Shown piece after piece: positions 52,710-62,321 of a stretch of DNA of 64,000 nucleotides (positions within the stretch are counted from its first letter, which is position 1; every line of letters begins with the position of its first letter). The notes beneath the pieces were generated by a model. That model was not told the DNA's origin. It saw nothing but the letters and a program-made list of their open reading frames with translations, and ran no database searches. The position numbers and the translations under genes were made by a program. Source of the stretch: an uncultured Chroococcidiopsis sp. (GTDB lineage: Bacteria > Cyanobacteriota > Cyanobacteriia > Cyanobacteriales > Chroococcidiopsidaceae); contig CAXTYC010000027.1 in NCBI GenBank assembly GCA_964248365.1, forward strand, positions 1-64,000, given 5' to 3'.

Positions 52710-54089
52710 TTATGACAATTTAAGCGGCAAACGCACCTGAAATTTAGTATTTCCAGGTTGGGAAGAAAAACTGATATCGCCTTGATGTTGCCCGACAACG
52801 CGATAGACAATGTGCAAACCTAATCCTGTTCCTTCGCCCACACCCTTGGTAGTGTAAAACGGCTCGAAAATATGGGATTGAATTTCTGGGGGAATGCCAG
52901 GACCATTGTCAGCGATTTCGACTAGCAAAAAGTCACTTTCGCAACTAGTACGAATCACGATTTGACCTTGTCCGTTCATCGCATCGATCGCATTATCTAT
53001 CAAATTCGTCCATACCTGATTTAGTTCACTGCCATAAGCACTAAGGCGCGGCAGATTACAATCATACTCCCGTTTAACAACTACGTTACCCTTCTTAAGT
53101 TTGTGACTGAGAATTGTTAGGGTACTTTCTAGCCCTTCATGGATGTCTATTTCCTGAACTGGGGCTTGATCCATGTAGGAGTAATCTTTAACTGCCTGCA
53201 CAAGGGTAGAGATCCGTGTGGTACTATGCTCAATTTCTTCTAATAGCCCCATTTCTTGCAGCGTCACCTCTATCCAAGTCAAAACATTACTAACTAGAGA
53301 GTCGCCTACATTGTGCAAAACATTCTCTAGCCAGTTGATATCTAGTCCGGCTGCGACGAAGGTAGGAGCTATTTTCCAGCAATTGGCAATCTCGTGGCTT
53401 TCTAGCCAGTTTATCAGTTCGTCTTCACGATCGCTTTGTGTGACTGGATCGAGTTTAACTGCTGTTTTGGCACGGGCGATCGCTTCTTTTTGCAACTCGG
53501 CAAGAAATTCTTGTTGGGCGCAACCCAGTTTCAGCGTCAGTGGTTGCAACACCTCTACCGTCTCTCGTAATTGTCCCACTGCCCTACGACCTGCGGAAGC
53601 GGGATTATTCAACTCATGTGCCAATCCAGCCGCCAAAGTCCCCAGTGCTACCAATTTTTCTCGATGCTGTGACAGCGTCTGTACCTCTAGCAATCTTTCT
53701 GCCATCGTGCGCAGAATCTTGATCATCACGCAAGTACAACTCGAAAGCAGTTGCCAAAATACCTGGTTTGGCAATTCTAGAATATGGCAGCGAGTAACGG
53801 CGCGACCAGCTGCCCAAAAATGCGTATCTCCTAACAACAAAGGCAACTCGCCAAACAATGTTTTCGATTCGTATGTCGCTAGAATGATTTCTTGATTGCC
53901 TACCTTCTGCGTTACCCGAAGTTCACCGTCAATCATGAGAAATACGTGTTCAGCAGGTGCGCCTTGTTCCCGATGGATTTCACCTGGTTCTCGCCATACT
54001 TCTATACCATGTTCAATTAACCATTGCAACCGTTCATCTGGTAAATCTGCCAAAAGTGGTATTTGACGTAAAGTGTTGATGTCAAGCAT
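52710..54089 (-). CDS. Cytoplasmic histidine kinase with N-terminal cNMP-binding-fold domain (paralog 1)
   Basis: N-terminal PLLA.L...FGE; H-box AHELNNP; NQVWTNLIDNA, DNGPG and GTGLGL motifs. Confidence 0.92.
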   Translation of the reverse strand: MLDINTLRQIPLLADLPDERLQWLIEHGIEVWREPGEIHREQGAPAEHVFLMIDGELRVTQKVGNQEIILATYESKTLFGELPLLLGDTHFWAAGRAVTRCHILELPNQVFWQLLSSCTCVMIKILRTMAERLLEVQTLSQHREKLVALGTLAAGLAHELNNPASAGRRAVGQLRETVEVLQPLTLKLGCAQQEFLAELQKEAIARAKTAVKLDPVTQSDREDELINWLESHEIANCWKIAPTFVAAGLDINWLENVLHNVGDSLVSNVLTWIEVTLQEMGLLEEIEHSTTRISTLVQAVKDYSYMDQAPVQEIDIHEGLESTLTILSHKLKKGNVVVKREYDCNLPRLSAYGSELNQVWTNLIDNAIDAMNGQGQIVIRTSCESDFLLVEIADNGPGIPPEIQSHIFEPFYTTKGVGEGTGLGLHIVYRVVGQHQGDISFSSQPGNTKFQVRLPLKLS

Positions 54090-54232
54090 GATTACAACTT
54101 CTATTAGTAGGCGATCGCTATTACCATTTGTGACGCACAGAAGAATATTCGATTAATTCAGATAATTTTCCTGCCTTTCAGAGTAGTCAAGTGTATACAA
54201 TTTGTGATATATACCTTCAGACTGAAATTCAA

Positions 54233-54325
54233 AGATGTTGCACAAAGTCTAGATATGGTGTCGCGCCTCGACGCGGAGGCGCAAAGGTAATAAGAGAAAA
54301 GCATTACAAGTTTTGTGCGGTATCT
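54233..54325. repeat. Dispersed MITE-like repeat (copy of 18176-18270)
   Basis: Imperfect inverted ends AGATGTTGCACAAA / TTTGTGCGGTATCT. Confidence 0.72.
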
Positions 54326-54418
54326 AAATTTAAAGTAATATCCACAAATAGAGTTTTGGCTATGTCAGTAGTTAATTGTGTGTCACTGTTGCCAGAAGGT
54401 TTTTAAAGAGTCAGTAAT

Positions 54419-55840
54419 TTATGACAATTTAATCGGTAGCCGAACTTGAAATTTTGTATTTCCAGGCTGAGAATCAAAACGGATGTCGCCTTTGTGTTGT
54501 CCTACAATAATCCGGCGAGTAATATCTAATCCCAATCCCGTCCCTTTGCCTACGTCTTTGGTAGTAAAGAACTGCTCAAAGATGCGTGGTTGAATTTCTG
54601 GGGGAATACCTACTCCATCATCAGCGATTTCTACCAAGATGCGTAGGGCATTGCCCTTGCCTGCGGCATCGCCTTCAACAGCTGTACGTATCCAAATAGT
54701 TCCTTTACCACCTGTTGCATCAATTGCATTATCAATCAAATTTGTCCACACTTGATTCAATTGACTACCATAAGCACTAATTTTTGGTAAGTCACCATAC
54801 TCGCGCTTGACAACAATGCTACCTTTTTTAAGTTTATGCTTGAGGATGGTTAATGTACTATCAATTCCTTCATGAATATCAACTTCTTGTATCGGTGCTT
54901 GACCCATGAAAGAGTAATCTTTCATTGCTTTGGTTAACTCAGAAATTCGCACCGAACTCAGTTTGATCTCTTCTAATAGTCCCATCCCTGTAAGCGTGGC
55001 TTCTAGCCAATTCAATATATTCGCTAGACATTCAGGTTCTGAAAAATTAGCAACAATTTCGTCTAGCCGTTGGCTATTGAGTCCAGCTGTAACCAAGGTG
55101 GGGGCGAGTTTCCAAGCGTCAGCTACATCACGATCTTCTAGCCAGTCAGTTACTGCATCTTCTGCTTCGCTTCTGTTGATAGGATCAAGTTGGGAGGGAT
55201 TTTTAGCTGTTGCAGTTGCTTGTTTGTACAAGTGTGTTAGAAATGCTAATTGTTCTTCAGTCAGTGGTTGTTGATGTAGCTTCAAAGCCAGGGTGGGTAG
55301 CTTCTGTAATATTTCGTCTAGGTTTTGTACCCCCCGTTTAGTAGCAGCTGCGGGATTATTCAACTCGTGTGCCAGACCAGCGGATAATGTACCCAGTGAC
55401 ATTAGCTTGGCTTGCTGTTGGCTTACGGCTTCGTGAATTTGCGATCGCTGTGCCGAAATTTTGATTATACTTTTTCGTACTTGTGGGCAAGTATCGAGCA
55501 TTTCCCAAAAACCATCAGGACTCAGCTTGTATAGATGGACAGCAGTTAAAGCGCGTCCACTGGTAGGATAAGGTTCATCCAATAGTAAAATTAGTTCAGC
55601 AAAGACATCCCCAGTTCCCAGATTAACAGCATGAGCGGATTGCCCATCAATATTTCTTGTCCACTCGGTTTGTCCATCTAGGATGATGTAAAATCCATCA
55701 GGCGGATCTCCTTGGTTAGCAATTTGTTCTCCTGGCTGTAACCAAATTTCTGTACCTAATTGGGTCAAACATTGCAATTGATCGTCCTGTAAGTGGGCAA
55801 ACAGTGGCACTTGACGTAAAGCTTCTTTTATGTTTGTCAT
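54419..55840 (-). CDS. Cytoplasmic histidine kinase with N-terminal cNMP-binding-fold domain (paralog 2)
   Basis: VPLFAHL...FAE; H-box AHELNNP; NQVWTNLIDNA and GTGLGL motifs. Confidence 0.92.
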   Translation of the reverse strand: MTNIKEALRQVPLFAHLQDDQLQCLTQLGTEIWLQPGEQIANQGDPPDGFYIILDGQTEWTRNIDGQSAHAVNLGTGDVFAELILLLDEPYPTSGRALTAVHLYKLSPDGFWEMLDTCPQVRKSIIKISAQRSQIHEAVSQQQAKLMSLGTLSAGLAHELNNPAAATKRGVQNLDEILQKLPTLALKLHQQPLTEEQLAFLTHLYKQATATAKNPSQLDPINRSEAEDAVTDWLEDRDVADAWKLAPTLVTAGLNSQRLDEIVANFSEPECLANILNWLEATLTGMGLLEEIKLSSVRISELTKAMKDYSFMGQAPIQEVDIHEGIDSTLTILKHKLKKGSIVVKREYGDLPKISAYGSQLNQVWTNLIDNAIDATGGKGTIWIRTAVEGDAAGKGNALRILVEIADDGVGIPPEIQPRIFEQFFTTKDVGKGTGLGLDITRRIIVGQHKGDIRFDSQPGNTKFQVRLPIKLS

Positions 55841-55887
55841 TAGACCACCTTGCTAAGAGTGTATTTATGGATTTGGGAATACTGATT

Positions 55888-56466
55888 TTATTCCACTAAC
55901 ATAGACTTCCGTACAGCAACAGACGACACACACTCATATCTATATTCATGGCTGACACATCTCTTAAAAAAGTCAGCGTTTTCTTGTTTGGATACGCAGG
56001 TAAATCCAAGGGATTTAATCAATTGAATAGATGGGATATCACGAGTGTCTATCTCGGCTGCGATCGCGGTGACTTTATAGTCATTGAAAAGATGATTTAG
56101 CAATCTTAAACATCCTTCCTTGGCGTAACCCTGTTGCCGGAATGATGGAAAAATCATGTATGCAATTGTAGCTGTTCGATTGTTATATACTGTTGCTTCT
56201 AATGTTCCTATATATATGTTCTCTTGGCGTAGCCTCACCGCCCAATTTAGCCATGCTTCTTGTTCGTCAGGCGAAAGCCTGGAAGATAGCGCACGGTATC
56301 GATTCTCCAAAACCTGCAATGATGTAGGAGCCTCCTGCGGGATAAACTGATAAAGCTTTTGATCCTGTAATTACCTGTAAATATATGCTGCATGAGATTC
56401 GATTAGTGGCTCAAGCAACAGTCGTGAAGTCTTAAGCGTTGTTTCATTTATAATCAATTCTATCAT
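55888..56466 (-). pseudogene. GNAT (RimJ/RimL-like) acetyltransferase pseudogene
   Basis: The ATG 56466 frame reads LKTSRLLLEPL...YR*LQD with an in-frame TAA at 56371-56373; downstream F.QQGYAKE motif. Confidence 0.8.
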
Positions 56467-56573
56467 TGTATTATTAATTTTAATAAAAAGTTAAACTATT
56501 TTGAGATAAAATGGTAAGAAACTGATTGATAAATTAAAAGCGCGATCGCCCTTGATTTATTTTGAATTTTTAC

Positions 56574-56959
56574 TTACCATAGTTGCCTAATTGGATAAGC
56601 ATCAAAAGTAGAATCAGCGCTCAAAATGGGAAGTTGCTCTACCATAGCTTTGGCAATTAAAAGCCGATTAAATGGCTCGCGGTGATGAAGAGGTAGCGTT
56701 GCAACAATATCAATATGATCTAGATTGTTCTTCAGTAAATCGATGCTGTTAAGATTAAGTTGCTGGTCTATAAATACTTGAAAGGGCTGACCAAAACTTA
56801 GTTTACCAGTGCTGTGCTTAATTGCCATTTCCCAAATACTAGCTGTACTAAGAAGCTTCTCGTTATTTTCATCCTCAATTAGCTCCTTTACTGTAACGCT
56901 GACCTGGGACTGTCAGTGACGAACCAAATGAAGGTATGAGTATCGAGCAGTAACCGCAT
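56574..56959 (-). pseudogene. vapC: VapC/PIN toxin pseudogene
   Basis: MRLLLDTHTFIW start; frameshift near 56905; then S.WEMAIK and HREPFNR in place of the usual HRDPFDR. Confidence 0.85.
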
Positions 56960-57189
56960 TACATATAATCTTTGAAGTCATCTATTGGCTCGTCAAAATC
57001 ATCTGCTATTGTGACCAAACCTTTAGCACTTCCAGTCTTAGCAGGATGACGTTTCTTCACTGGCGGCACTGGCAGGAGTTTAGCAATTGGCTGATCATCT
57101 TTTGTAAGGATGATTTCTTCACCCTTGATAGCTGCTTCAATTAATTCAGGCAGGTGTTTAGATGTCTCAGGAATATTTATTTGTTGCAT
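56959..57189 (-). CDS. Phd/YefM-type antitoxin
   Basis: LPELIEAAIKGEEIILTK...GSAKG...DDFDEP; TAATG overlap with the toxin start. Confidence 0.85.
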   Translation of the reverse strand: MQQINIPETSKHLPELIEAAIKGEEIILTKDDQPIAKLLPVPPVKKRHPAKTGSAKGLVTIADDFDEPIDDFKDYM

Positions 57190-57321
57190 AGTTATAACCT
57201 CTCTATTTTTAAGAACGTAATTTTCATTTCGGTGATAAATGATAATTGGTAACTGGGATATATTACCAATTACCAATTATCAAACTTCGTTCGTTAAGCT
57301 GACAATCCAACTTGGTGCTAG

Positions 57322-57450
57322 GAGGATGTTTGAAAAGTATTGTTTTGAACTTGTAGACTCTCTAGATCCCCCTCTATCCCCCTTGGATAGGGGGGCGAGG
57401 GGGGATTGATAAGGACTTAATGTATTACGTGAGACTTTCTAAACATCCTC
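57322..57450. mobile_element. 129-bp MITE
   Basis: TIRs GAGGATGTTTGAAAAGT / ACTTTCTAAACATCCTC; carries a GATCCCCC...GGGGGATT palindrome. Confidence 0.78.
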
Positions 57451-57462
57451 TAAAACTTACGA

Positions 57463-59130
57463 TTACAAAACTTTGCTGAGATATTGATGAACAAACTGCA
57501 CACAAATTGAACCTTCACCTACCCCAGAAGCAACTCGTTTGACTGAACCATGACGTACATCTCCGACTGCAAATACACCAGGAACATTTGTTTCTAATAA
57601 AAATGGATCGCGATCCAATGTCCATCCTTTTGGGCGATGACTATCGTGGTTTAGATCTGGTCCAGTTTTAATAAAGCCGCGTTCATCCCGCTCTACCACA
57701 CCATCTAACCATTCGGTACGGGGGACAGCACCAATAAAGATAAATAGCGAAGTAGCGGGAACAATTTGGGTTTCGCCAGTTACCGCATTCTCAATAGCGA
57801 TCGCCTCCAAACTTGTCTCACCTTTTGCCTCAACTACACTAGAATGTGTCTGAACAAGAATGTTTGGTGTATCTGCAATTTGGTCAATTAGATACTGTGA
57901 CATACTCTTAGTCAGCGACTCGCCGCGTACCAACATCGTGACTTGACGAGCGTACTTAGAAAAGTACATCGCCGCTTGTCCAGCGGAATTTGCCCCACCG
58001 ACGATATAAACATCTTCATCCTTACAAGATAGGGCTTCTGTTTGCGCTGCACCGTAGTAGACACCCGCCCCAGTTAAGTGATTAAGTCCAGGCACATTAC
58101 TCAACCGTCGCCACGATACCCCAAGCCCTAAAATCAGGGCATGACAACTAATTTCTGTGCCGTTTGCTAGCTGGATAAAACGATATGGATCTTTGACACG
58201 AATGCCTGTAACTTCTTGCGGTGTGAGAATTTCCACCCCAAAACGTCTTGCTTGATCTACGGCACGTCTAGCTAAATCGCTTCCGCTTAAGCCAGAGGGA
58301 AAGCCTAGATAATTCTCAATGCGAGAGCTTGTTCCCGCTTGTCCGCCGGGGGCTTCCCGTTCAATCATGACGGTACTTAGCCCCTCGGAGGCTCCATATA
58401 CCGCAGCTGCCAAACCCGCAGGGCCACCACCGACGATAATTAGGTCGTAAAATGGCTTATTAGCTTGTGTCCTAAGTCCAATTTTTTCAGCAACTTGGAT
58501 ATTTGTCGGTTGAAGTAGACTAGAACCGTCGGGCAAGAGAACTAAGGGTAAGCTTAAGCGATCGCAGTTGGCGTATGTAGCTAGCTGTTGTGCTTCTTCA
58601 GATAACTCGATATCTAGCCACTGATAAGGCACTTGATTTCGCGCTAGAAAGTCTTTAATTTGATGGGATTGGGGTGACCAGCGATTACCAATTACGCGAA
58701 TACCTTCAAACGGTGGGCGGAATTTCACCAGCCAGTCATCGAGCAAATCATCAAGTACGGGATATAACCGCTCTTCTGGCGGGTCCCAAGGCTTCATTAG
58801 ATAGTAGTCGATTTGGGTGGTATTAATGGCGCGGATCGCTGCATCAGTGTCTGCGTATGCTGTTAGTAATGCCCGTTTTGTGTCTGGGAACAGTTGCAAA
58901 GCCTGCTCTAGAAATTCTACACCTGACATCTGTGGCATCCGCTGATCTACTAGAAACAGTGCCACTGGGTCATTACGGAGTTTCAATTGTTGCAATGCCT
59001 CCAGAGCGATCGCCCCTGACTCGGCTCGTAATACCCGAAAGCGATCGCCATATTCCCGCCGCAGATCTCGCGCTACTGCTTGCAAAACTTCTGGATCATC
59101 GTCAACTGTCATGATTACAGGTTTAGCCAT
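57463..59130 (-). CDS. Response-regulator receiver / glutaredoxin-like / thioredoxin-reductase-like fusion
   Basis: REC motifs VDDD, DQRMP, LTAY and KPW; FAD motifs GGGPAG, IENYLGFP and TNVPGVFAVGD; NAD(P)H motif GGANSAG. Confidence 0.92.
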   Translation of the reverse strand: MAKPVIMTVDDDPEVLQAVARDLRREYGDRFRVLRAESGAIALEALQQLKLRNDPVALFLVDQRMPQMSGVEFLEQALQLFPDTKRALLTAYADTDAAIRAINTTQIDYYLMKPWDPPEERLYPVLDDLLDDWLVKFRPPFEGIRVIGNRWSPQSHQIKDFLARNQVPYQWLDIELSEEAQQLATYANCDRLSLPLVLLPDGSSLLQPTNIQVAEKIGLRTQANKPFYDLIIVGGGPAGLAAAVYGASEGLSTVMIEREAPGGQAGTSSRIENYLGFPSGLSGSDLARRAVDQARRFGVEILTPQEVTGIRVKDPYRFIQLANGTEISCHALILGLGVSWRRLSNVPGLNHLTGAGVYYGAAQTEALSCKDEDVYIVGGANSAGQAAMYFSKYARQVTMLVRGESLTKSMSQYLIDQIADTPNILVQTHSSVVEAKGETSLEAIAIENAVTGETQIVPATSLFIFIGAVPRTEWLDGVVERDERGFIKTGPDLNHDSHRPKGWTLDRDPFLLETNVPGVFAVGDVRHGSVKRVASGVGEGSICVQFVHQYLSKVL

Positions 59131-59655
59131 GCGCCTTGCCTACTCCTTTTTTGAGATGCTGGTAGTTCAAGAGCCATTTACTTACAAATGGCATATTCTC
59201 CAAAAGCGAAAATCAATATTTCTGCCTCACTTTCTCTGCTGACACTCAGATGCACCTTCTTTTTTATAGGCGCTTTTCAGCCGTTACTCAACGCTGTTGG
59301 GGCTATAAATTCGTCTTTACTTCGTCCTATCTGTTTTCTTTTTAAATCATCCTTTTTGTTTGTAAATAAACACTTGCGATCATCAACTTACAAATTCTAG
59401 CTTATAACTTTGTTCTTATATTTTCCATCTCCAGTTATATTTACTATTTAAGTGCAATCGCCTATAATTTAATTCTCCTCAGCAGTCCGAGATAAAATAT
59501 AGTTCCAAGTATCAATAAACTTTCTAGCTATAACCTATAAAAATAACTTTTATTGCAGTTATAAATAACTTGTAAAATCATTGATTTATGCAACAATTTC
59601 AGCTTGCAAAACCGCATTAAAAAATATTTTCCAGTTGAAAATGCAGGATATACAT

Positions 59656-59762
59656 TAGCCCTCTTGCCAAGACGAGTGCAAGATAGAAGTAATAGTTTTA
59701 GGTTAAAAGTTAAACCTGTTGTATTTACCTTTTGCCTTTTCACGGGCGTGGCAAGAAGTCTA
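59656..59762. mobile_element. MITE-like element
   Basis: Imperfect TIRs TAGCCCTCTTGCCA / TGGCAAGAAGTCTA. Confidence 0.55.
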
Positions 59763-59953
59763 TTTTATGGTTCACGCGCAATAGATAATACGCCAAGTAG
59801 CAACCTACCACTTGTTGCCGCATCAATCAATAAAATGTGAATTATATTAACAGCTTGTTCGGCTAATGTATAAAGACAACTAAAGCAACATCATTGCAGG
59901 AGATTCAGAGCATGGTAAATTTCAATCGTTCTAATCAAATGGTTAGTGAGAGC

Positions 59954-60360
59954 ATGGGAGAAGTTCGAGTACAGGTGAAGCTAACGAATGCCGTTGATGA
60001 AGAGTTAGTCAATCGAGGGGTGCTTAACCCAAATCAATTGCGTGTGTGTGAGACACAAGCACTTGTAGATAGTGGTGCAGTTCGCACTGTCTTACCGATG
60101 CGGATAGTGCAACAGCTAGGTTTGAGAATTCGGGATCAGCAGATAGCAAGTATGCTGATGGTAAAGAGCAAGCAATAGGTGTAACTAGACCTGTGATAAT
60201 TCAAATAGAAGGTCGTGAGACTACTGAAGCTGCATTAGTCACTGGTGATGTGCTGATTGGTTAGACTGTATTGGAGACGTTAGATTTACTTGTAAATTGT
60301 AAAAATCAACGTTTGATCCCAAATCCCGCTCATCCTGACTATCCAGTGTTGAGAGTGTAG
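59954..60360 (+). pseudogene. Clan AA (retropepsin-like) aspartic protease pseudogene
   Basis: ALVDSGA motif; frameshift near 60148 (YADG lies in another frame); in-frame TAG at 60262-60264 in VLIG*TVLE. Confidence 0.85.
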
Positions 60361-60447
60361 GTAATATTTGGCGATCGCACTAGAAGAAAACAGTTTTTAA
60401 ACGTCAAAATAAAAATATACCCAATTCATTAAAAAGCTATTATTTCA

Positions 60448-60849
60448 ATGACCTACTACGTGATCTACGATGGCAACTGCAATCTCTGTACTACATTGGT
60501 GCAGTTATTGGAAAATTTAGACTCTGGGCAGCAATTTCGATATATCTCAATGCAAGATGAGTCTTCACTGGCACAGTGGGGAATCACGCCCCAAGATTGT
60601 GAAATGGGAATGATTTTGATTGATGCAGATGCACCCCAACAACGTTGGCAAGGTAGTGCAGCTGCTGAAGAAATTGGACGTTTGTTACCGATGGGCGAGG
60701 TGTTTGTGAATGCTTACCGATCGCTTCCTGGCTTAAAATGGATAGGCGATCGCGCATACGAACAAATCCGCGACAACCGTTACACCTTATTTGGTAAGCG
60801 CCAGAGTACCTACAAGAGTGCTTACTCGGTTGATTGTAACTGTAAATGA
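60448..60849 (+). CDS. DCC family (DUF393) thiol-disulfide oxidoreductase
   Basis: YDGNCNLC and Y..I.DNRY..FG motifs. Confidence 0.9.
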   Translation: MTYYVIYDGNCNLCTTLVQLLENLDSGQQFRYISMQDESSLAQWGITPQDCEMGMILIDADAPQQRWQGSAAAEEIGRLLPMGEVFVNAYRSLPGLKWIGDRAYEQIRDNRYTLFGKRQSTYKSAYSVDCNCK

Positions 60850-60919
60850 AGGGGTGAGAGGCAAGAGGCGCGCGTGCGAGAGGCGCTATGAGCGAGTTGC
60901 CCCAGGTATATAAATATTA

Positions 60920-61052
60920 TCTCCCTTTTGCTCCCCTTTGCTTCCTTTTGCTCCCCTTTGCTTCCTTTTGCTCCCCTTTGCTTCCTTTTGCTCCCCTGCT
61001 CTTTTGCCCTCACGCGCACCTCTGGTTCCTCTGGTTCCTCTGGTTCCTCTAG
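60920..61052. repeat. Tandem 20-bp and 9-bp repeats
   Basis: (CTTTTGCTCCCCTTTGCTTC)x3 and (TCTGGTTCC)x3. Confidence 0.85.
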
Positions 61053-61063
61053 CCTTCTGTCTT

Positions 61064-61483
61064 CTATTGATTAAACAATTCAAGGATTTGTCGGCAGATG
61101 TGTTTTAATTGTTCGCTCGCTTGTGGTTGTGGTTGTGTCATTCCTTCACATCGCCAGTTATCAACGGTAGAGAGTCGCCATTGTTTGCCACAATGGTCAA
61201 AGCCAGCCGCTTCAACACCAATACAGCGCCTAACGTCGTTTAAGGGATCTTGATAAAAGCGAATTTGAATTAGGATGCTGCGACTTTGAAACGATTTACT
61301 CCTACCTGGGAAGTGAAAACCGATGTCAATCGAATCAGGATCAACTAACTTTCTAGTTTCGGGGTCATTTTGCCAAGGCTTCAGGTCAGCTTTGATGTGG
61401 GGAAACTCAGATTTAAACAGATTTACGACCGTGGCAATCTTACTTGTAAGTTCAAGATTAACTGCCTGTTCAACTGCATTCAC
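61064..61483 (-). CDS. Conserved-looking cyanobacterial hypothetical protein
   Basis: DLKPW.ND and DPDSIDIGFHFPG motifs; GTG start at 61483 assumed. Confidence 0.75.
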   Translation of the reverse strand: MNAVEQAVNLELTSKIATVVNLFKSEFPHIKADLKPWQNDPETRKLVDPDSIDIGFHFPGRSKSFQSRSILIQIRFYQDPLNDVRRCIGVEAAGFDHCGKQWRLSTVDNWRCEGMTQPQPQASEQLKHICRQILELFNQ

Positions 61484-61747
61484 GCGACTCACTCCTAACG
61501 GTTGCGGGGTCAAAAAAGGTATATAAGGACAGCAAGATTACTAGAAAGCCGACAGCTATTGGTGTTCAGCTTAGCAATCCCTTTCTGATTTAGCAACGAT
61601 TAGGAGTAGTATTTATGCAGTAACTGAACTATGAAAGTGCTTTATATATAAATTTGTATATAAATACTTGTCCATAGCAAGGAGTGATTTTTCCCAGGTG
61701 CGATCTAAAATGACACTGTTTATCAGCAGATGAAAGCAATTCAATCT

Positions 61748-62209
61748 ATGGTGCGTTATCGCTCGATCCTGTCATTGATTTTGGCAATTGTGGCAACTTT
61801 TCTGGTTAGTTGTGGCAGTCCTAGCACTGCAACAGTACCCCAAACTTATACAACAGCTCAGGTGGAGCAAATTCAAGAGTATCTTCCTGGCGTTTTAGCT
61901 TTGCGCGATCGCATGAAGGAAATTCCCTCGATGATCCAACGACGCGATTGGATAGACGTGAGTGACTTTATTCACGGACCGATGGGCGAACTGCGGCTGA
62001 AAATGACCTATGTAACTCGCAACCTGCTGCCAAAAGATCAAGCGGGGGCGCGTGAGGCTACACGGGACTTTTTTGACGACCTAGTTCAGATTTATCAAGC
62101 TGCTGAACAAGGCGATGGTAAAAAAGCCCTGCTCAACTATCAAGAAGCATCGGCAAAGCTCGATAACTTCTTAAAATACGTTCCTCAAGCAAACACTCAA
62201 GAAGGATGA
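61748..62209 (+). CDS. psbQ: Photosystem II lipoprotein PsbQ (CyanoQ)
   Basis: Lipobox LVSC; W..V..FIHGP.G.LR..M motif. Confidence 0.92.
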   Translation: MVRYRSILSLILAIVATFLVSCGSPSTATVPQTYTTAQVEQIQEYLPGVLALRDRMKEIPSMIQRRDWIDVSDFIHGPMGELRLKMTYVTRNLLPKDQAGAREATRDFFDDLVQIYQAAEQGDGKKALLNYQEASAKLDNFLKYVPQANTQEG

Positions 62210-62321
62210 AGGATGAAGTGGGAAGGATGAAGTATGAAGGAAGGATAAAATGTAAAATTCCAACCTTTTTCCTTTTCTTTTTTCCCTTTTCCCTTCATCC
62301 TTTACCCTAGCCCCCTTTCAA

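Noticed and set aside
53218..53895. 225-aa plus-strand ORF
   Set aside because: Antisense shadow of the histidine kinase.
59188..59840. Short ORFs upstream of the REC-TrxB gene
   Set aside because: AT-rich intergenic sequence containing a MITE-like repeat, with no coding signatures.
60920..61052. Possible CRISPR array
   Set aside because: Head-to-tail 20-bp and 9-bp repeats with no unique spacers and no cas genes; the overlapping short ORFs are repeat artefacts.
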